Shown here piece after piece: positions 17,233 to 22,798 of a stretch of DNA of 22,798 nucleotides. The stretch is taken from positions 1 through 22,798 of the forward strand of contig JBCAXK010000026.1 of NCBI GenBank assembly GCA_038534095.1. Reading direction: 5' to 3'. Source of the DNA: Chlamydiota bacterium (GTDB taxonomy: Bacteria > Chlamydiota > Chlamydiia > Chlamydiales > SM23-39). A program made the position numbers and the translations under genes. Each line of letters begins with the position of its first letter. Within the stretch, counting starts at the first letter, position 1. The notes under the pieces were generated by a model that saw nothing but the letters and a program-made list of their open reading frames with translations, made no database searches and was not told the DNA's origin.

Positions 17233-17249
17233 GAAAAAATGAGGAGATT

Positions 17250-18686
17250 ATGAGCGCAGATATTGGATTGATTGGTCTAGCTGTTATGGGGCAAAATTTG
17301 ATTCTCAATATGGCCGATCACGGCTACAAGGTAGCTGCGTTCAATCGCACTCTAGAAAAGGTAAAAGCCTTTGAAGAAGGACCTGCGAAGGGGAAATCGA
17401 TCCTTTGCGCAAAAAGTTTGGAAGAGTTTTTGCAGGCGCTAAAGCGGCCTAGAAAGGTGATGCTGATGGTCAAAGCTGGGCCGCCTGTAGACGCGTTCAT
17501 TGAAAAGCTGTTACCCCATTTAGACCCGGGAGATATTGTGATCGACGGGGGCAATAGCCTCTACTCGGATACGCAGCGGCGTTATGAGGAGCTAAAAAGC
17601 CGCGGCATTTTATTTGTAGGTACAGGCATTTCTGGAGGAGAAGAAGGCGCCCGCCATGGACCTTCAATCATGCCTGGTGGTCACCCGTCTGCTTGGCCTG
17701 AGGTGAAAGATATTTTCCAATCGATTGCCGCAAAAAGTCAAGACGGGCAGCCTTGCTGTGACTGGGTAGGAGAGGGGGGCTCAGGCCACTATGTGAAAAT
17801 GGTACATAATGGGATCGAGTATGGGGATATGCAGCTCATCTGTGAATCTTTTGACCTCATGCTCAACGCTCTTGGGAAAAACTACCCAGAGTTGACGAAG
17901 ATTTTTTCCAGCTGGAATGAGCGGGAGCTAGACTCCTACTTGATTGAAATTACCTCGCACATTTTGCAAAAAAAGGATCTTGATGGGAAGTACGTGCTTG
18001 ATAAAATTCTCGATGTTGCTGGGCAAAAAGGGACAGGAAAATGGACAGGAATCGAAGCTCTTGACCAGGGGATTCCTGTAACGCTGATTGCCGAAGCGGT
18101 TTTTGCTAGATGCCTTTCCTCGTTGTATGAGGAGAGACAGGAAGCTGCAAGCCTTTACGCTATTTCTAGTAAAAAGGCTAGTCTACCTACCGAGAAAATT
18201 GAAAAGGCTCTTTACGCATCAAAAATCATCAGTTACGCGCAAGGCTTTATGTTGATGCGCGCGGCTTCTGAAGAGCATAAATGGAGACTCAATTATGCCT
18301 CAATTGCTCTGATGTGGAGAGGGGGCTGCATCATCCGTAGCAAGTTTTTGGGAAAAATCGGGGAGGCGTACCAAAACAACCCCAATTTAAAAAACCTACT
18401 TTTGGACCCATTTTTTGCAAAAGAGTTGCAGAGGATCCACGAAGATTTTCGAGAAGTTGTCGCTTTTGGAGCAACAGCAGGGATTCCTCTGCCTGGGTTT
18501 TCTTCAGCGCTGAGCTTTTTTCTTGGCTATTTAAGAAACAGGCTGCCAGCAAATTTGCTCCAGGCGTTAAGAGATTACTTTGGAGCCCATACTTACGAGC
18601 GAGTCGACGCAAAGCGGGGAGAGTTTTTCCATACGAGCTGGACAGACGATTCAGGCGACGTTAGCTCTTCTTCGTACAACGCATGA
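17250..18686 (+). CDS. gnd: NADP-dependent 6-phosphogluconate dehydrogenase (decarboxylating)
   Basis: IGLIGLAVMGQN, FNRT, IDGGNS, GISGGEEGARHGPS, VKMVHNGIEYGDMQ, GQKGTGKW, RDYFGAHTY. SD GAGGAG at 17241-17246. Confidence 0.98.
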   Translation: MSADIGLIGLAVMGQNLILNMADHGYKVAAFNRTLEKVKAFEEGPAKGKSILCAKSLEEFLQALKRPRKVMLMVKAGPPVDAFIEKLLPHLDPGDIVIDGGNSLYSDTQRRYEELKSRGILFVGTGISGGEEGARHGPSIMPGGHPSAWPEVKDIFQSIAAKSQDGQPCCDWVGEGGSGHYVKMVHNGIEYGDMQLICESFDLMLNALGKNYPELTKIFSSWNERELDSYLIEITSHILQKKDLDGKYVLDKILDVAGQKGTGKWTGIEALDQGIPVTLIAEAVFARCLSSLYEERQEAASLYAISSKKASLPTEKIEKALYASKIISYAQGFMLMRAASEEHKWRLNYASIALMWRGGCIIRSKFLGKIGEAYQNNPNLKNLLLDPFFAKELQRIHEDFREVVAFGATAGIPLPGFSSALSFFLGYLRNRLPANLLQALRDYFGAHTYERVDAKRGEFFHTSWTDDSGDVSSSSYNA

Positions 18687-18701
18687 GGCGCTGAGTCTTT
18701 T

Positions 18702-18914
18702 TTAGCCCAGAGGCTTTGCTGAAATAGAGATGGGGGTTTCCACAAGGCAGCGCCCTCTCATCGCTTTGGAGTAGGTAGAAAAACAGTAAGTTCTTTTGTG
18801 GCTAAGGCGTGTTTTGATGCGGAGCATAGGAGAGTGCGCATAAAGTAGGCACATCGGGAAGAGGGTTTCATGAATTTTTTCTTGATAAGGCGGGGGCGTA
18901 TACTCTTGAGGCAT
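18702..18914 (-). CDS. Possible small hypothetical protein (about 70 aa)
   Basis: Fills most of the gnd-lepA spacer, starts at ATG 18914 and stops 15 nt from the gnd stop. No RBS or homology evident. Confidence 0.25.
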   Translation of the reverse strand: MPQEYTPPPYQEKIHETLFPMCLLYAHSPMLRIKTRLSHKRTYCFSTYSKAMRGRCLVETPISISAKPLG

Positions 18915-18972
18915 AGGTCTGATCAATCATGAAAAGATGCCAAACCAAGCCAGTTTTGAGTAAAACCCATCC

Positions 18973-19001
18973 TTTAAGAATATCGCTTTTTTCTATATAG
19001 T
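18973..19001 (+). promoter_or_regulatory. Putative lepA promoter (leaderless arrangement)
   Basis: TTTAAG (18973-18978) - 17 bp - TATAGT (18996-19001), 6 nt before the ATG at 19008; no SD sequence. Confidence 0.55.
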
Positions 19002-19007
19002 AGATTC

Positions 19008-20813
19008 ATGTCTTCTCATGATCCTAAGTACATTCGGAATTTTTCCATCATCGCCCATATTGACCATGGGAAATCCACATTAGCTGACCGGCTATTAGAA
19101 GAGACGGCAACGGTTTCGAAAAGAGAAATGCAAGAGCAGTTTCTCGATAATATGGAGCTTGAAAAAGAGCGGGGCATCACGATCAAAGCGCGCCCCGTGA
19201 CGATGTATTATCAAGCAAAAGATGGCCACGTGTATCAGATGAATCTGATCGATACGCCAGGACATGTCGATTTCTCTTATGAAGTCTCTAGGTCACTGGC
19301 TGCTTGTGAAGGAGCTCTTTTAGTTGTCGACGCTGCCCAAGGGGTGCAAGCCCAGACGCTTGCCAATGTGTTTCTTGCTTTGGAGCGGGATTTAGAAATT
19401 CGTCCCATCATCAATAAGATCGATTTGCCAGCAGCAGATCCTGAAAATGCAAAACAAGAGATCGAAGAAATCATTGGGATTCCCTCAGAAGATGCTCTTC
19501 TCATTTCTGCAAAAACAGGGATTGGTATTGCCGATGTGCTTGAGATGATTGTGGAAAAAATTCCCCCTCCCAAAGAAGATTCCGAGCCCGCTTTGCGCGC
19601 CTTGATCTTTGACTCCCACTATGATACCTATCGGGGGGTGATGATCTACGTCCGGATCATCAGCGGGAAAATTTCGAAGAAAGATCAGATTCTTTTTATG
19701 AAGACAGGCCAGTCTTTTGAGGTGCTAGAAACAGGGATCTTTGCCCCTCAAGAAAAAGCGGTCGATAGGCTTTCCGCTGGAGAGGTGGGATACCTTTGCG
19801 CGAATGTAAAAAATACGGAAGATGTGAAAATCGGGGATACGATCACCCTCAAAAAGCATCCGGCGTCCTCCCCACTTCCAGGATTTCAGGTGATCAAACC
19901 GGTCGTATTTGCAGGGATTTATCCTGTCGATACGCAGGATTTTGAAGCTCTGCGAGAAGCTCTATTGAAATTGCAGATCAACGACTCTTCTTTGCAAGTC
20001 GACCAAGAAACCTCTCTTGCTTTGGGGTTTGGATTCCGCTGCGGCTTCTTGGGACTGCTCCATCTAGAAATTATCTTTGAAAGGCTGACAAGGGAATTTG
20101 ATTTAAGCATCATTTCTAGCTCCCCTTCGGTGATTTACCGGTGCCATTTGAATAACGGCTCGTCAAACGATCTCGATAATCCTGCCCACTACCCAGATCC
20201 TTCAACCATTGCCTACATTGAAGAGCCCTACGCTTCTTGCCACATTATGGTCCCAAAAGAATATCTAGGGGCTGTCATCGGTTTAGGAACAGAAAAGAGA
20301 GGGAAACTCCTTTCTACAGAAAGTAGTTCCTCATCTCAGCTGCTTTTAACATACCGCTTTCCAATGAATGAAATCATCACCGATTTTAGCGATAAGCTCA
20401 AATCGGCGACCAAAGGGTATAGTTCTTTTGATTACGCGTTAACAGACTATGAAAAAAGCGATATTGTCAAATTAGAAATCCGAATTAATGATGAACCTGT
20501 TGACGCGTTTTCTCTTCTTATTCACCGCTCAAAAGCAGAAGCCAAAGGGCGCTCTCTTTGTCAGAAACTCAAAGAGGTGATTCCAAAACAGCTCTTCAAA
20601 ATCCCCATTCAAGCAGCTATTGGTGGAAAAATCATTGCTCGAGAAACCATCAGCGCCCTTGCGAAAAATGTCACGGCAAAGTGTTATGGAGGAGACATCA
20701 CCCGGAAAAGAAAGCTCTGGGAAAAGCAGAAAAAAGGGAAGAAACGGATGCGCGAGGTGGGAAAAGTAAGCATCCCACAAGAAGCGTTCATGGCCGTCCT
20801 CAAAACAGATTGA
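19008..20813 (+). CDS. lepA: Translation elongation factor 4 (LepA)
   Basis: [62 protein letters not shown]. Confidence 0.98.
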   Translation: MSSHDPKYIRNFSIIAHIDHGKSTLADRLLEETATVSKREMQEQFLDNMELEKERGITIKARPVTMYYQAKDGHVYQMNLIDTPGHVDFSYEVSRSLAACEGALLVVDAAQGVQAQTLANVFLALERDLEIRPIINKIDLPAADPENAKQEIEEIIGIPSEDALLISAKTGIGIADVLEMIVEKIPPPKEDSEPALRALIFDSHYDTYRGVMIYVRIISGKISKKDQILFMKTGQSFEVLETGIFAPQEKAVDRLSAGEVGYLCANVKNTEDVKIGDTITLKKHPASSPLPGFQVIKPVVFAGIYPVDTQDFEALREALLKLQINDSSLQVDQETSLALGFGFRCGFLGLLHLEIIFERLTREFDLSIISSSPSVIYRCHLNNGSSNDLDNPAHYPDPSTIAYIEEPYASCHIMVPKEYLGAVIGLGTEKRGKLLSTESSSSSQLLLTYRFPMNEIITDFSDKLKSATKGYSSFDYALTDYEKSDIVKLEIRINDEPVDAFSLLIHRSKAEAKGRSLCQKLKEVIPKQLFKIPIQAAIGGKIIARETISALAKNVTAKCYGGDITRKRKLWEKQKKGKKRMREVGKVSIPQEAFMAVLKTD

Positions 20814-21198
20814 TGTTCCCCAAATAATAGCTCTACTGAGATAGGAACTGAGCAAGCGCTTCTTCCTATTTTCTCACGGTTACACAATAGCCGAATAAGT
20901 TGGCCTTTTTAGGCTCATCAAGGAACTTACTTAAAAAAGATTTTTTTTGTGCTACGTGCTCCCTCTTACTGCTTCAATCAAGTAGGCATGTTTTAGATGA
21001 GTATTAAAAACATTATAGGGAAATATATCTTCTAAATGGAGCTGCCTACGAAAAGCGTGATACAAGTAGTAGAGCTTCGTAGATCAAAATCTTTACGCTC
21101 CAAATATGCCTGGTGAGTTTTTATGCAACGCCTTAAAATACTTTACGTTTTTTCTGCGAGAAATCATCCAATATTCAGTTGTAAATAGATAAATACTT

Positions 21199-22176
21199 AT
21201 GACACCTGTCGATCCAAAGTATGTTGCAAATCGAACTTGCAACCACGTGCTTTTTGTTTCTTCCCTTTTAACAGGAGAAGACTTAAGCAAGATAACTAAC
21301 GCGCTCTGCGAAATTTTTCAGAGAAGAAAGAATTGGTTTCGTGAAATAAAACTAGTGCTCGAGTTCTTTGAAGACGGCACTATTTGCATAGGAGGCAAGG
21401 ATGAGGAGTCCTATCGGATGTCGATACGGTTGCTCTCACAAGAACAGTTTGAAGAGCAGTTACGAAAGCAGAAGCTAGAAACGAAGAAATTAGAAAGCAA
21501 CAAATTCTTCGCAAACTTTATCCGTAATAATTTATGGACGCAGTTTAAAGACTTAAAGATGAGGGTAGAGTCCTGCCAAAAAGCCATCGATGAAGTAGTC
21601 CGCGCTCAATCAAAACTGTCTTCTGAAGAGTCCAGTAGCAAGCACGTTCGGAACAGCGTAACGAAGGGATCAATGACAGAGTTTGAAAGTACAAAAAGGG
21701 CAGGTAGTTGTCTAAAAAAAAACTCTAGTCCTGTAAACGGCACCAAGGAGAAACCAGCTGCTCTTAAGCGTAGATTAGTAGATCATATGAGCAGGTTAAC
21801 GGTGGAGGCAACCGATTTACAGAAGTTAGTAAAGAAAATCGAACAGGCCGCAGGTGGGTGGATCCTACCTGCATCAAGAACACTCCCTGAAGAGTCCAAA
21901 AAGCAGAAAGTGCTCAACAATGCAAATGCGAGCGCAAACAAAACGAACTTACCAATCTTTGCAAATACTGCATTTATGCGTAAAAAACAGGACTACTCAC
22001 TGAATGAAACGATCGAATGTATCGATTTAGGAAAACCGGATAGACCTTTGTTATACATACAAAAAACCTACAAAAAAGAGGGCTCTCAACCTGGACATTA
22101 TACGTCTCTTGCCGATGGTAATAAGGATGTACTTTTTGCTTCCAAGTTTTTAGAAGCACATATCCCGGAATCTTAA
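21199..22176 (+). CDS. Hypothetical protein (325 aa, Lys/Ser-rich, coiled-coil segments)
   Basis: Long ORF in an AT-rich region with no recognisable domain. Confidence 0.75.
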   Translation: MTPVDPKYVANRTCNHVLFVSSLLTGEDLSKITNALCEIFQRRKNWFREIKLVLEFFEDGTICIGGKDEESYRMSIRLLSQEQFEEQLRKQKLETKKLESNKFFANFIRNNLWTQFKDLKMRVESCQKAIDEVVRAQSKLSSEESSSKHVRNSVTKGSMTEFESTKRAGSCLKKNSSPVNGTKEKPAALKRRLVDHMSRLTVEATDLQKLVKKIEQAAGGWILPASRTLPEESKKQKVLNNANASANKTNLPIFANTAFMRKKQDYSLNETIECIDLGKPDRPLLYIQKTYKKEGSQPGHYTSLADGNKDVLFASKFLEAHIPES

Positions 22177-22458
22177 AAGATTTTTGTGAGTTTTTTAGGA
22201 ATCATTTGTCCGAAGTACTTGTTTTCCCTTTTGAGGCTATCGCTTATCGATAGCTTTTGATCAACTACCACGACTTCCCTAATCGGAGATCTTGATGAAA
22301 GAGCTATTGTACTTTTTGGGCTGTAATTACTGTATAAAGCGCATAAACCATGAGATTGATGGGATCACTTGGGTAAGGAGGGAAGAGCTTTTTAGAAGTG
22401 GTTTCAAGAGACTCTCAGTAGCATGCCCCGCAGACAAAGAATCTCTCTCTACGCTGTT

Positions 22459-22746
22459 TTAGACTACGTATAACTCGATATTGTTGTTCCAGGTTGTATG
22501 TAGAATGTTTCTTAGTGAAGTATCGAATTCTTGCTTTTTCTGATTCAGTAACAATCGATATTCATAATGACGATAACACAAAAGCGCGGTTGATCCAATA
22601 AGGAAGCTAAATTGAGTGACACAGCATGCGAAAGCGAAAACGGTAATTGTGGTAAGTACCGGTAACAAGAAGGCAGATCCCAAAGTAACAAAAAAGCTTA
22701 AACTAGGTGTTTGGTCCCAGATTGTGGTGGTGTATACTATGCCCAC
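22459..22746 (-). pseudogene. Hydrophobic ORF fragment, possibly a decayed inclusion-membrane (Inc)-like gene
   Basis: About 44-aa hydrophobic stretch followed by a charged helix. GTG start is directly preceded by an in-frame TAA, and the frame continues 43 codons beyond the TAA at 22459. Confidence 0.3.
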
Positions 22747-22798
22747 TTACCAACGAAGGAGGATTTATGGGACAAATATTACATGGGAGCGCCCGCAC

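Overview
This is a chromosomal window from a member of the phylum Chlamydiota, most likely an environmental (non-Chlamydiaceae) lineage. The assignment rests on the chlamydial gene order dnaA - TPR protein (CT274-like) - CT273/DUF5399-like protein, divergent from the short dcw operon mraZ-rsmH-ftsL-ftsI-murE-amiA, followed by gnd-lepA. On the left are a divergent Hanks-type protein kinase, a 1605-aa membrane-anchored AsmA/TamB-like protein and a degenerate ComF-like gene. On the right are AT-rich orphan or decayed ORFs. The most interesting signals are non-coding. (i) The 577-bp AT-rich spacer before mraZ holds four perfect copies and one near-perfect copy of TTTCCCACA. Four of these form two 10-bp-phased pairs in inverted orientation around the mraZ promoter, among DnaA-box-like 9-mers, so this may be a combined MraZ operator and DnaA/oriC-type element about 2 kb from a dnaA with an altered recognition helix. 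(ii) A hairpin-dense segment of about 260 nt lies between amiA and gnd and looks like an unannotated structured RNA. (iii) lepA appears to be leaderless. No tRNA, rRNA, CRISPR or intact mobile element was seen. All calls come from visual motif recognition; no database searches were run.
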